From the NCBI RefSeq assembly GCF_036321535.1, contig NC_087437.1, positions 91,328,001-91,392,000 on the forward strand: a DNA stretch of 64,000 nucleotides. The letters run 5' to 3'. This document shows positions 13,407 through 26,370 of this stretch, piece by piece. The translations under genes and the position numbers were made by a program. Numbering within the stretch: position 1 is the stretch's first letter; every line of letters starts with the position of its first letter. The notes beneath the pieces were generated by a model. That model made no database searches, had not been told where the DNA came from, and saw only the letters and a list, made by a program, of their open reading frames with translations. This stretch comes from Camelus dromedarius. Its lineage: Eukaryota.

Positions 13407-16400
13407 TTTTCTTTTTTTTTTTAACATTTTTTGTTGGTTTATAATCATTTTACAATGTTGTGTCAAATTCCAGTGTAGAGCACAATTTTTCAGTTACACA
13501 TGAACATACATATATTCATTGTCACATTTTTTTCTCTGTGAGCTACCATATGATCTTGTATATATTTCCCTGTGCTATACAGTATAATCTTGTTTATCTA
13601 TTCTACAATTTTGAAATCCCAGTCTATCCCTACCCACCCCCCGCCCCCTTGGCAACCACAAGTTTGTATTCTATGTCTGTGACTCTATTTCTGTTTTGTA
13701 TTTATGCTTATTTTGTTTGTTTGTTTTTTAGATTCCACATATGAGCAATCTCATATGGTATTTTTCTTTCTCTTTCTGACTCACTTCACTTAGAATGACA
13801 TTCTCCAGGATCATCCATGTTGCTGCAGATGGTGTTACGTTGTCAGGTTTTATGGCTGAGTAGTATTCCATTGTATAAATATACCACCTCTTCTTTATCC
13901 AGTCATCTGTTGATGGACATTTAGGCTGTTTCCATGTCTTGGCTATTGTAAATAGTGCTGCTATGAACATTGGGGTGCAGGTGTCATTTTGAAGTAGGGT
14001 TCCTTCTGAAAATATGCCCAGGAGCAGGATTCCTGGGTCATATGGTAAGTCTATTCCTAGTCTTCTGAGGAATCTCCATACTGTTTTCCACAGTGGCTGC
14101 ACCAAACTGCATTCCCACCAGCAGTGTAGGAGGGTTCCCTTTTCTCCACAGCCTCTCCAGCATTTGTCATTTGTGGATTTTTGAATGATGGCCATTCTGA
14201 CTGGTGTGATGTGATACCTCATTGTTGTTTTGTTTTGCACTTCTCTGTTAATTAGTGATATTGAGCATTTTTTCATGTGTCTATTGATCGTTTGTATGTC
14301 TTCTTTGGAGAATTGCTTGTTTAGGTCTTTTGCCCATTTTTGGATTGGGTTGTTTGGTTGTTTCTTATTGAGTCGTATGAGCTGCTTATATATTCTGGAG
14401 ATCAAGCGTTTGTCGGTTTCATTTGCAAAATTTTTTTCCCATTCCGTAGGTTGTCTTTTTGTTTTACTTATGGTTTCCTTTGCTGTGCAGAAGCTTGTAA
14501 GTTTCACTAGGTCCCATTTGTTTATTCTTGCTTTTATTTCTTCTAGGAGAAAATTTTTGAGATATATGTCAGATAATGTTTTGCCTATATTGTCTTCTAG
14601 GAGGTTTATTGTATCTTGTCTTATGTTTAATTAAGTCTTTGGTCCATTTTGAGTTTATTTTTGTCTATGGTGTAAGGGAGTGTTCTAGCTTCACTGCTTT
14701 ACATTGCTGCTGTCCAGTTTTCCCAACACCATTTGCTAAAGAGACTGTCTTTATTCCATTGTATATTCTTGCCTCCTTTGTCGAAGATTAGTTGACCAAA
14801 AGTTTGTGGGTTCATTTCTGGGCTCTCTATTCTGTTCCACTGGTCTGTATGTCTGTTTTTGTACCAATACCATGCTGTCTTGATGACTGTAGCTCTATAG
14901 TATTGTCTGAAGTCTGGGAGAGTTATTCCTCCAGCCTCTTTCTTTCTCTTCAGTAATGCTTTGGCAATTCTAGGTCTTTGATGGTTCCATATAAATTTTA
15001 TTATGATTTGTTCTAGTCCTGTGAAATATGTCCTGGGTAATTTGATAGGGATTGCATTAAATCTGTAGATTGCCTTGGACAGTGTGACCATTTTAACAAT
15101 ATTGAGTCTTCCAGTCCAAGAGCATGGGATATTTTTCCATTTTTTAAAGTCTTCTTTAATTTCCATCTTTAATTTAAGTGGTTTATAGTTTTCTGTGTAT
15201 AATTCTTTCACCTCCTTGGTTAGATTTATTCCTAGGTATTTTATTACTCTGGGTGCTATTTTAAAGGGGATTGTTTCTTTACTTTCTTTTTCTGTTGATT
15301 CATCATTAGCGTAAAGAAATGCAACTAATTTTTGAACGTTAATCTTGTAACCTGCTACCTTGCTGAATTCTTCAATCAGCTCTAGCAGTTTTTCTGTGGA
15401 CCTTTTAGGGTTTTTATATATAGTAACATGTTGTCGGCATATAGTGACACTTTTACCTCTTCTTTTCCAGTTTGGATCCCTTTTATTTCTCTCTCTTATC
15501 TGATTGCTGTGGCTAGGACTTCCAAGAATATGTTAAATAGGAATGGTGATAGTGGGCATCCTTGTCTTATCCCAGATTTTAGTGGGAAGCTTTTGAGTTT
15601 TTCACCATTGAGTACTATGCTGGCTGTAGGTTTGTCATATATAGCTTTCGTTATGTTGAGATATGTTCCCTCTATACCCACTTTGATGAGAGTTTTTATC
15701 ATAAATGGGTGTTGAATTTTATCAAATGCTTTTTCTGCATCTGTTGAGATGATCATGTGGTTTTTGTCCTTTCTCTTGTTGATGTGATGTATTACATTGA
15801 TTGATTTGCTTATGTTGAACCACCCTTATGTCCCTGGGATGAACCCCACTTGGTCATGATGTATATAATCTTTTTTATGTGTTGTTGGATTCTGTTTGCT
15901 AATATTTTGGTGAGGATTTTGGCGTCTATGTTCATCAGTGATATTGGCCTATAATTCTCTTTTTTTGTAGTGTCTTTACCTGGTTTTGGTATCAGAGTGA
16001 TAGTGGCTTCATAGAATGAGTTTGGGAGTAATCCCTCCTTTTCAATCTTCTGGAATAGTTTGAGAAGGACTGGTATGAGTTTTTCTCTATATGTTTGGCA
16101 GAATTCCCCGGTGAAGCCATCCGGTCCTGGACTTTTATTTGTAGGGAGGTTTTTAATTGCTATTTCTATTTCATTTCTAGTGATCGGTTTATTCAAGTGG
16201 TCAGTTTCTTCTTGATTCAGTCTTGGTGGACAGTATGTTTCCAGAAACTTGTCCGTCTCCTCTAGGTTATCCAGTTTGGTTCCATACAGTTTTTCATAAT
16301 ATTCTCATATGATATTCTGTCTTTCTATTTGTTGTAATTTCTCCATTTTCCTTTCTTATTTTGCTAATTTTTGCTCTCTCTTTTTTCTTCTTTGTGAGTT

Positions 16401-17210
16401 TGGCCAGAGGTTTGTTGATTTTATTTACTTTTACAAAAAAACAGCTTTTGGTTTAATTGATTTTTTTCTATGGTCTTTTTAATCAGTATTTTATTTATTT
16501 CCTCCCTAATCTTTATAATTTCCTTCCTTATGCTGCCTTTTGGGGTTTTTTGTTCTTTTTTTTCTAGTTCATTCAGCTGGTGGGTTAAGTTGTTTATTTG
16601 AGATTGTTCCTTTTTGAGGAAGGCCTGTATCGCTATAAACTTCCCTCTTAGCACTGCCTTTGCTGTGTCCCATAAATTTTGTGTGGTTGTGCTTTCATTT
16701 TCATTTGTCTTAGGTATTTTTTAATTTCAGCTTTGATTTCCTCATTGACCCATTGGTTTTTTAATAGCATATTGTTTAATCTCCATGCTTTCCTTTTTTT
16801 GTCCTTTGTTTCTGTGTTGTTGATTTCTAGTTTCATGGCATTGTGGTCAGTAAAGATGCTTGAGATAATTTCTATCTTAAAATTGTTGAGGTTTCTTTTG
16901 TGCCCAAGTCCATGATCAATCCTAGAAAATGTTCCATGTGCACTTGAAAAGAATATATATCCTATTTTTGGGGGGTGTAATGCTCTGAAAATACCCACCA
17001 AATCTAATTTTTCTATTGTATTATTTAATTTCTCTGTTGCTTTATTTATTTTTTGTCTGGAAGATCTGTCTAGTGATGTTAATGCAGTGTCAAAGTCTCC
17101 AACTATGATTGTATTCCCATCAATATCCCCCTTTATATCTGTTAGTAACTGTTTTATGTACTTAGGTTCTCCTATATTGGGTGCATATATATTAACAAGT
17201 GTAATATCCT
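13407..17210 (-). mobile_element. 5'-truncated lineage-specific LINE-1 (~3.8 kb: part of EN, RT, CCHC, 3' UTR, poly(A))
   Basis: Consecutive ORF2 peptides on the minus strand; poly(T) at ~13407-13422; perfect TSD atacttatttttc at 13394-13406 and 17211-17223. Confidence 0.97.
13728..17210 (-). pseudogene. Disrupted L1 ORF2 (endonuclease/reverse transcriptase)
   Basis: Motifs [40 protein letters not shown] and CWRGC..HCWWEC; split over at least six ORF-track frames; YADD box reads YADN at 15430-15441. Confidence 0.95.
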
Positions 17211-18399
17211 ATACTTATTTTTCATTAGAGAAAAAATTCCAAAATCATAATTGTCTTTCTGGCAAGTGAAATTACAATAAAAAGGACAGTTTAGTGGTAT
17301 TTATTATTTTAACATTAGTCATTTTTACAAATGCATATGCATAATATTCATGTTATGTTCCACATGTTTTTATTTCTTCTTTATATTTACTCTTACTTCC
17401 CTGTATCCTCATAATCATGATGTTAGTTTTTTCTAAAAATAACTTTACCATTGTGGATACCGCTGTATACATGATTTTTCATTCACTGTTTATCAGCACA
17501 CCAGAATAATTAACCTGGAAAACATTTTTAGTTACATTTCTATAAGTATAAGAAAGATGCTTTGGATAAAATACAGATAAAAAATTACATTGTATCCAGA
17601 TGACAATTGATTGGGTGTTTCTCTGTAAATATTTATCAGATCACAAAATTACCTAAATATTCAATAATATAAAGCAGTTTCTAGGACAGGATAGCTACCA
17701 TCAGTAAACCTGTTTTATTAATAAGAATTGCAAGACTCTCATTTGATTTTCACTCACAGCAAACAAAACCTTTGTTTTAAAAGGTTTCATTCAAAAGTTC
17801 CCTGCACAGCAAAGTGCATGGCACTCAATTTATCTACCGACAGAAGATGAAGGGCTTACCTGGCCCTATGTGATAAGAAACTCTGGCTTTGGGAAGTCTC
17901 CCAGAAATACAGCCTGGTAAGCCACCCCTCTAACTCTCACATTGCTATTATATAAATGGTATGTTTTTTTTTTTCCTAAAGAAAGACTGAAATTGGCTAT
18001 TTTTACCTTGAGACAAAGCACTTTAGATGGGAACAATATTATTTTTTCTGTCAGAAAACATTTTATCTAAGCACATTGAATACACTTCACTAAATCAGCA
18101 CAAATGGCTACGAGAGCAAAGTCAAACATGTCCAAGTCTAGATTTTATTAAAAATAGGGCATGCTCCAGGAAGTGGAAATGTTATGTAGGCATATATGAG
18201 GGGGGAAGAATTTTGACAAAAAAATAATAAAATTGCCTAATACTTATTTTTCCAATATAGGAAGCATGTAATTTTAAGAAGTATGGGTAATTATGGGTAA
18301 TAGAGCACTGACTAGCAGGTGTTTTGTTTTGTTTTGTTTTGTTTTAACTACTATATGTATATATACACATACAATAGGAGCACTTATACGTCACAAAAT

Positions 18400-19100
18400 G
18401 ACACAAACAGGCAATTTGCAGAAAAATGTCATACCATCAATAAACAGACAGAAAGGTTTAATTTTGCTTATAATTATAGCAATGAAAATTGACACTACAA
18501 CAAGACACCTTTCAGATTAGAATGCCAAAAATTAAATCCTTTTTATAATCATCAGTGCATTGTAAATGAACTTTCATGCCTTATTGGGAAGGGATTAAAA
18601 TCTGTGGAATATTTTTTAAGAGTGATTTATCACTAGCTTGCAACAGTTAAAATGCAAAAACCTTTGGTTTTTATGGGTGGTAGAAACTGAAGTAAAAATG
18701 TTTATTTTTACATTCTTAAAATGTTAAGTTCAAAAGTGTAAATATTTATAAATGTAAATATTTATAAATGAAAAGATGGTTAAATACAGTATTTTATAAT
18801 GGTAAAATGTATTAATAAGTTGCTATTAAAACAATTAGACCTATAAGTTCTAATATGGGAAGATGGCCGACGTATGTGGAAAGTTCAATGAAATACAGAG
18901 CATTGGGGATATTGTGATTTTTTTATGAGAAAGAAAAGAGAAAAATTACCTGTGTTGATAGTCTGAATGCTTCTGGTGAGGTGTTCAAGTATCTGATCAG
19001 GAAAAAAGATTTATTTTAATGTATATATACATTTGTCTTTGTTGTCATTGTTACTGTTCTTTATTTTATCATATGTGTATATAACTATATATAATATTGA
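18400..19100 (+). mobile_element. Old L1ME-like 3' relic
   Basis: aatgaaaattgacactacaacaagacacc and ctataagttctaatatgggaagatg resemble L1ME ORF2 end/3' UTR. Confidence 0.45.
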
Positions 19101-20519
19101 GAACAAATATTTGAAAACTGTTAACTCACCTTTGATGGGTAGAATTGAAAAGTGGAGATTTGAAAGACGAGTTTAACTTTTCATATTGTTCCGTTTGGTG
19201 TACTCTTCCAAGAATAATTTTAAAATCAACAATTATAACATTTAAAGTAATTTAGGATACATTTAATTATTCCAGAATCTGAAATAGAGATAGTCCTAGT
19301 CAACCAAATTGATAAATACATGTATTTTTATTTTAAATTTTATATAATGGAGGAATCATCAATTTTATATAGTCACCAGCATTTTTATTAAAAAATAATA
19401 AATATTCTCAATTCGGTTTCTAGGAAAGAGTCATTATAGAACTTTTTACAAAATACACCCTGCTGGTTAGACTACATATTTACTATACAAATCTCTGAGC
19501 ATATGGCCTGTGCATCTGTCTTTTTATCTAGCTCCTTAGATCAATTTTAAGAAGGAATTTAAACAGCGGTCAGTGGATAGTCATTTAAAGTGTCTTAATA
19601 AGGAATATTTCAGTTATTCTCCAGCCCTGTAAGTCTGAAACTACTTTGGTAATTTACTTAATATACAGAATCAGTGGCCAACCTCATACATAATGATTTA
19701 ATTTTTCTGTTATGGATCATTAGAATCTTTTTTTTTAAATAATTACATAGGTATATAAATTGATTCTTATGTAGAATATTTGATTTGAGGTATACCATCT
19801 AGCAGAAAGTTAAATCATCAAATTTTTGCTAAGAAAATCAGTTACATATTTGAGAATAGAATAACAGATTCTCATTTATACAACTTTCAACATGGCCAGT
19901 ATATATTTTTTCTTTTATATGCTAAAATTTACCATAGTATAAATAAAAACATATGAATGATTTTGATTTGTACTGAAGTTGCAGAGTAACTCATCAATCA
20001 CATGATAAAAACAATGGTGCTGTCATAGGATGGAGACTAAATCATTGCATCTCCATTTCTGTAAACCAGTTGAAGTTCTTCATAGAAGACAAGAAAGTGG
20101 GTCCTTGCAGTACTGAGAAGGAACAAGATAATTTTTTACAACACATGCTGTATATAATTTGATTAATAATATCCTACCATCTAAGTTTCTTAAAACCGAC
20201 CAAATTATGTTGGCATTTATCTTTCTTATAGGTTGATATCAATATGGCAAAGAAGAACTGAGAGTTTTCCCTATGACCAAGATAATTAGGTTTTAATATA
20301 TTTTAATTTTAATATATATCCTAGAATATTCTTTATCTATGCAAATATAGACTATAGTATCCATATTAAATATATTGTTAAATATCAATATCATTGATAT
20401 TATATTATGTATCATTACAAGCATAATTTTGGTTATTTTCTTAAATAGTCGATGTGAACATCTCACCTGTTTATAGTTTGTGGATGTCTGAGAATCAACA
20501 ACTGGCTATCTATTTAAAT

Positions 20520-20929
20520 AAAGAAAGTATAGGGAAACAGCATTTTGATGTTGGCCTTGGCAAAAACTTTTGGATTTAACATCAAAAGCAAAAGTAACAA
20601 ACACAAAAGTCAGCAAGTGGGACTACACCAAATTAGCTTCTGCACTGTAAAGAAGATAGCAAAATGAGAAGGCAGCCTCCAGAATGAAAGAAAATATTTG
20701 TAAATCATATATCCTAGAAGTAGTTAATATACAAACTAGATAAGGAACTCAAACTGCTCAATAGAACACACAAAGAAAAAGAAAGCTCAATTACAAAATT
20801 GGCAAAGGATCTGAATAAACAGTCTTCCAAAGAAAACATACAAATGTTCAACAAATACGTGAAGAAGTGTTCAGCATCACTAGTGAGTAAGAAAACACAA
20901 ATCAAAATCACAATGAGGCCTTACCTCAT
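20520..20929 (+). mobile_element. L1 ORF2 C-terminal fragment
   Basis: Peptide AKDLNKQSSKENIQMFNKYVKKCSASLVSKKTQIKITMR is homologous to the 13728-14507 ORF2 frame. Confidence 0.9.
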
Positions 20930-21430
20930 GCTTAGTGCTCTTTACTTTTGTTGCCTTTGCTTTTGGTGTCAAATCCAAAGTTACACCAGTGTCAGTTTTC
21001 TTCTAGGAGTTTTATAGTTTCACTCTTAATTTTTGGTGCTCATATATTTGCAATGGTTATATCCTCTTGCTTAATTGACCCTTCTATCATTTTACAAAGA
21101 CCTTCTTTCTTTCTTCTTACAGTTTTTGACTTAAAGTCTACTTTGGTATAAGAATAGCTACCCCCTGTCTCTTTTGGTTTCTGTTTGCATGGGACTTCTT
21201 TTTTCTTACTTTTATTTTCAGTCTGTGTGTCTTCAAACCGGAAGCAAGTCTCTTGTCGGCAGCATGTCACTCAGTCTTATTTCTTTATTCATTCAGCCAT
21301 TCTTTGTCTTTTGGCTGGAAAATTTAATTTCATTTACATTTATTTATTGCTAGGCAAGGGTTTACTATTGCTGTTTTGTTAATTGATTTCTAGCTGTTTT
21401 GTAGGTCGTTTGTTTCTTTCTTCCTCTGGT
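20930..21430 (-). mobile_element. L1 ORF2 fragments (EN domain joined to late-ORF2 segment)
   Basis: CCRQETCF...KVDFKSKTVRRKKEG...GSIKQEDITIANI (EN domain) fused to a segment encoding LDLTPKAKATK. Confidence 0.88.
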
Positions 21431-21716
21431 GATCATCTACTTATTACTCTTGGGTGGATGGTGGGTATTTATTTTCTTTCAGATGGGAGATGAAGAATTG
21501 TGATAATCTTTTCTCGGGGGGCAAATTTGACTTTTTCAATATTTTAAGCCAAATGATAAGTTAGTTTTCACAGATGCTAGCAAAATTCTTCATTACTTAG
21601 TAATGTAACACATGTAAATCTATATATTTCATCAAGTCGTAGCTCTTTCCCAGAAGATGTTAAAAACTACAATCACAGAGTGAATTGCTAAGGTTTCTCT
21701 TTGCTCTTTTACCACC

Positions 21717-22140
21717 TATTATGATTTGCATTGTGTCACACAAAAAGTTGTTGAAGTCCTAACTACCAATAGCTAATTAATGTGACCTTACTTAGAAATA
21801 GAGGTAATCAAGCTAAAATGAGCTCATAAATGTGGACCCTGAAAATATGACCATGTCCTTATAAAAGGAGTAAATTTAGACACAGAGAGATGCATAAGGG
21901 GAATATGATGTAAAGACACAGGGAGACTGCCATCTACAAAACAAGGAATGACTGAGGTGCCTAGAAGCTAGGAGAGAGACATGCAACAGATTTTCCCTCA
22001 CAGCCCTCAGAAGGAACCACCAATGCCAGTGCCTTGGTTTCACTCTTCTAGCCTCCATAACTGTGAGAAATAAATGTCTGTTGTTTTCTAAGCCACCTAG
22101 TTTGTGATACTGTATTAAGGGAGCCCCAGAAACTAAGACA
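21717..22140 (+). mobile_element. MaLR solo LTR (MLT1B/C-like)
   Basis: ccctcacagccctcagaaggaacca, ctagcctccataactgtgagaaataaatgtctgttg and end aactaagaca; TSD-like ccacc (21712-21716) / ccaca (22141-22145). Confidence 0.9.
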
Positions 22141-23994
22141 CCACATGTAGTTATCTTCTTTTTACAGAATGATGCCTGGATTCTCATCCATCTTCTGCCT
22201 TGGAAGTGTGCAGTACAGAGAACAGTCTCCAAACTGACATTGAATGGGAGATAGTGATGGAAAAAAAGAAGGTAATATTGTTTTTTCTTATCTGTAAAGC
22301 AGCTTCCAACTTGTAGCTATTTTATTTGCTTTCTTTCAGCAGTTAGAGCATGAATGGAAAAGATTTATAATCACTACATTATAAATCAGACAGTCAATAT
22401 TTTAATTTGATTAATACAATATGATGGTTTATCAGAGAGACTTGGAAATTGTGGTCCTGTTGTCTAAACAGTACTCTGGTCTTCTCAGAGATGCGGTATG
22501 ATCTGATTTCATTTCTAAAATTCAATGTCTGGTAAACTTTGCTGAGGGGAAAAAAAAAGTCTATTCTTGGGTTATGATGAATGACTGATTATTACAAAGC
22601 AGAATGTACCCTTGGAACATGTCCTATAAATTTCCATGCCACTGAATGTTACACAAAAGTGGCTGCCTGTGGATCTTGAAATTGCTCCATACAAAGGAAC
22701 ATGTTAATTAAGGCAGTCTCAATTCAATACACAAATGCATGTAAATTATAACTCAATACAAGGTCAATAAAAGGCTATTTTCTTGTTTTATTATAATAAT
22801 TCTACCAAAAAAAACCAACAACAACAAAATCAAATACACAAAACTACTCTTCAGTAATTATAAGGTATGAATATGGCCTACAAATGTGAGAACATTCAAT
22901 TGGAATGTGGTTGTCTACACTGAAAAATAAGAGCATTTTATTTCTTCCCCTAAGGCCCAACATGCCACAAAGCAAATGTTTATATTGAATATACACTGAT
23001 TATAAGGTGGGGTCTAAATGATGCTTGTATAAGTTATAGTACTATTTAAAGGACAAAAGAGACCACTCCATGGAGAAAAGTAGTCTCTCACAGCCTTGTA
23101 ACATTTTTCTTTGTAAGAATGCAATATATTTAGTATCAGAATTTACTAATACAACTTTGAGCTACAAATAATTGGTATATTTTTCTCTTCCTTATGTCCA
23201 AGGTATTATTTTAAACCTTACGTATTATCCTGTTTTACTGTGAAGTATTATACAGTCTAACGAATGAAAAAGACCCAAGATAAAGATACTAATATGTACC
23301 AAGAAATAAAGAAACCAAGTCATTGCCATAAAATAGGCAATTTTGTAACTTGGCTCCACTCCTATAATTTGATTCTAATTGTAGGAAGATGTCTATAGGC
23401 TATCTATATTTTGCTATAATTACACCTTTGATTTTTAAAAAATCTAGGGAGCCAATGATATGTACATTATGGAGTGATAAAATTGAAAATTAAATATACA
23501 ACAAGCTTAATTTTGATGATTTTCCTTTACTCTTATAGATATTCTTAAAATTAAAAAGCCTTGAGTATATATTTGAAAAACTGGAATAGGTGAAATTCAT
23601 GGCAGATCTTGAGACATGTTGATGAGAAGTAACAGTTAAATGTAGCCAACATGGAAAGAAACAAAGGAAGGACTTCACTTCAGTGACAAAACATTCTGTT
23701 TGAGTTATTTATGTACAGCATGGTGCTAGTGGGGTCAGATTTTTAGTAGGGTTAAAGTTTAAATGAATGTGGGAGAAGAAACATCCTACCATTGGGCAAA
23801 GCATCCAGTCTATCACATACAAATGCAAAGGTTGACTCTTATCACATGGAGAAGGAAGCCCCTAGATCTAATAAAGGACTAGGTGGAAATGCTTTTAACA
23901 AAACAGGAAATAGGGAATCAAAGAAGAAGGCAGATAGACTGGAGCTTAAATTAAATGAGAATTGGATTATTGGATTGAGAGAAAAAAATAGTGA

Positions 23995-24466
23995 TGCTAA
24001 GGGGGAAAAAAAAGTATTCTGATACTTGTTAAAATAGTAAGGAAGACATTATTCCATATTATTTCAATAAGATTATTCTAATTGGGGAGAGAGCCGAGAG
24101 TCAACTCTGAATACAGTAAAGATACCTAGAGATTTATAGCCAAAAGCAGAGTGGGGGGCAGTGGGTGGAAAATTACTTCAGAGGAGACATCAAGAGTGGG
24201 GGGATTCTTTTAAGCCAACTTAGCAGGATTCTTGATGAAAGTAGGCCAAGATGATGAGATATCAAGGGTGCGGATGAAGAATTTATCAGATATCGAGGGT
24301 GATCAAGTATCAAGGTAGGGGGAATTCTCACTGTACTGATTTAGCAACACTCTTGGTAAAGGTGGTCTTGGCCAGGGTAGACACAGAAACCAACTGTCAA
24401 GGCCTACTTGAGAAAAGGGTTCAGAGGAGCCTAACACAAGTTTGGCCAAAGAGAAAATCTTTGTCA
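23995..24466 (-). mobile_element. ERV1-class solo LTR (MER31-like)
   Basis: Reverse complement starts tgacaaagattttctctttggccaaacttgtgttaggctcctctgaaccc; 4-bp flanks gtga/gtgg; internal repeated gatatcaagggtg. Confidence 0.8.
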
Positions 24467-24714
24467 GTGGGTAGGGTACTTGAGAGTAAGGTCTAGATTC
24501 AGTAACATAATAATAGATAATATTTATTGAATAGTTTGTTTGTTTAAGATACTGTTAAAAGCATCTTAGTTATTACTCAATTATAATTATAGCAAATTAA
24601 AAATAAAATAATAAAGAATAATTACATAACTATGTAATTTAAGAGTTCAGCATTTCTAGGAGGTAGAGAGTAACAGCACACTTATTTTATCTTGAGGAAT
24701 GCAATGTTTAGATA

Positions 24715-25060
24715 AAAGAAACTTCTGCTTTCAGCCGACACAGAGCAACAGGATCAGAGTTACTATCATGCTCAAAACACAACAAAGCAAAGACCAAAAC
24801 AAAAACACAAAAAACACAAAACAAAACAAATAGACAAAATATGTGGAACAGTGTTTTTTTGAGGACACAAAATACCAGGCTATGAAAGAAAATGAGCCGT
24901 GAGAGACTGGAAACAACATAAGTGAACCATACTAGTGCCCCAGTTTACTACTTTGAGGAGTTTCTAAACCAGTACTTGACACTATTGAAAAGCCATCCAT
25001 AAGGATTGGAGAGCACAGTACCTGGTGCCAAGGCCAAGAAGAGTGCTTGTCATTAGGCTG
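24715..25060 (+). mobile_element. Old L1M 5' end fragment (L1MC/MD-like)
   Basis: acttctgctttcagcc...gacaaaatatgtggaacagtg...gagagactggaaacaa resembles L1MC/MD 5' UTR. Confidence 0.6.
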
Positions 25061-26229
25061 TTCCCATCTCACCTGTTTTGTCCCAATTACCAAGCAGGCT
25101 CAACTCCTTCCTCTTCACTGAGGGCATGGACATATACAAGCTTCACCATGAAATTCAAATATTTAGTAATATTTTAGGGAGAGTTAACGTATGATGGATA
25201 ATTGTTTCTTTCTCCAATACAAAAATCCATTTATCCTTTGCATATATTTTTAACATTTAGTTTTGAACAATGTAAATAATAAATATAAAACTAACATACT
25301 TAAATGTATTACATGATAAATTTCATAGAGACAAATTGCAGCCCCTGCATACCATCTGTATGGGAGTCCATGGAATGAATTTAGTGAATGAATATCATCC
25401 CACTAAATATCTTAATTTTAAATCAAATGAAGTCTTTGTCTTATGTTTAATTTATATTTGATTTTATTTATCTTAATATAATAGGATACTTTCTGTTGAT
25501 TTTTCTAATCCATCATCCAGGAAAGAATGTTTTCTCTCCTTAGGGAGCTTTGAATTTAGTACTCTTGAAAGACCTCCTCACAGTGGAGATAATGCCATTG
25601 GCAAAGAAAATATAGAGGAAAAAAGAGGGACACACACATACAGAGAGAATATGTAATAACATTGGAGAGAAAGATTATGAGAGAAAGAGATAAAGAGACA
25701 AAATTCACAAAGGTCTTAGAGTTTAAAGAGTAACGGTTCCTTCTTGGGACTTTGGATTTGTTCAGACCTCACAAAGGTTCTCTGGCCCACATTGGGAGGT
25801 AGACCTCCGAGGCCAAGCTTGACTTGAAAGGAGTAGAACATAATGTTAGCAACCCTGAAGCAGGAACAATGAGAGTATAGTCAATGAAAATGCCTTTAAT
25901 CCAGACAGTCCTCTTCTAACATTCTATATGATTTTGAGGCTAGGTATCTGATTTTTAACAAGTAAGATTTTATTGAATAAGACTTTCTTCCTTGTTATAT
26001 CAGTATGTGTGTGCATGTGTGCATGCGTGTAGAGCTGAAAGATTGATATGAGATTAGCAAAGACCAACTTTGATGAATGGTTGAATATTTTATTTTCTTT
26101 TATAAAAATCCTTTCCAGTAGTTTGTAAATAATAATAGCAAGAGTAATAATAAGCCTACTGCTATTAATAATAGTAGATTAAAATGAATTATTTGCAGGA
26201 ATGTGTTCTGCCATAGATATTTTGTTTCA

Positions 26230-26370
26230 TATTCATAAATTCATTCAAAAATTTTCCAACAGATATTTTTTGAGAACCTACTACATGCCAAACACTGTCC
26301 TAAGAATTAGATATTAAGAAATGAGCAACAGAAGGAAATATTCTTCCTTCAGGAAGTTTACAGTCAGGTG
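26230..26370 (-). mobile_element. L2 3' end
   Basis: attcattcaa...tttgagaacctactacatgccaaacactgtcctaag. Confidence 0.8.

Noticed and set aside
14230..16915. Plus-strand ORFs of 71-134 aa
   Set aside because: Antisense shadows of L1 ORF2; the hydrophobic F/L/C-rich composition is typical of reversed A-rich L1.
18737..18770. Perfect 16-bp tandem duplication (similar short ones near 1345, 40290 and 45252)
   Set aside because: Ordinary slippage duplications.
20035..20113. Minus-strand acceptor (ttgttccttctcag) followed by short frames
   Set aside because: All frames stop within 25 codons, there is no nearby donor and the peptide is not recognised.
21876..22232. 118-aa ORF
   Set aside because: Lies mostly in the antisense strand of an MLT1 LTR; no recognisable domain.
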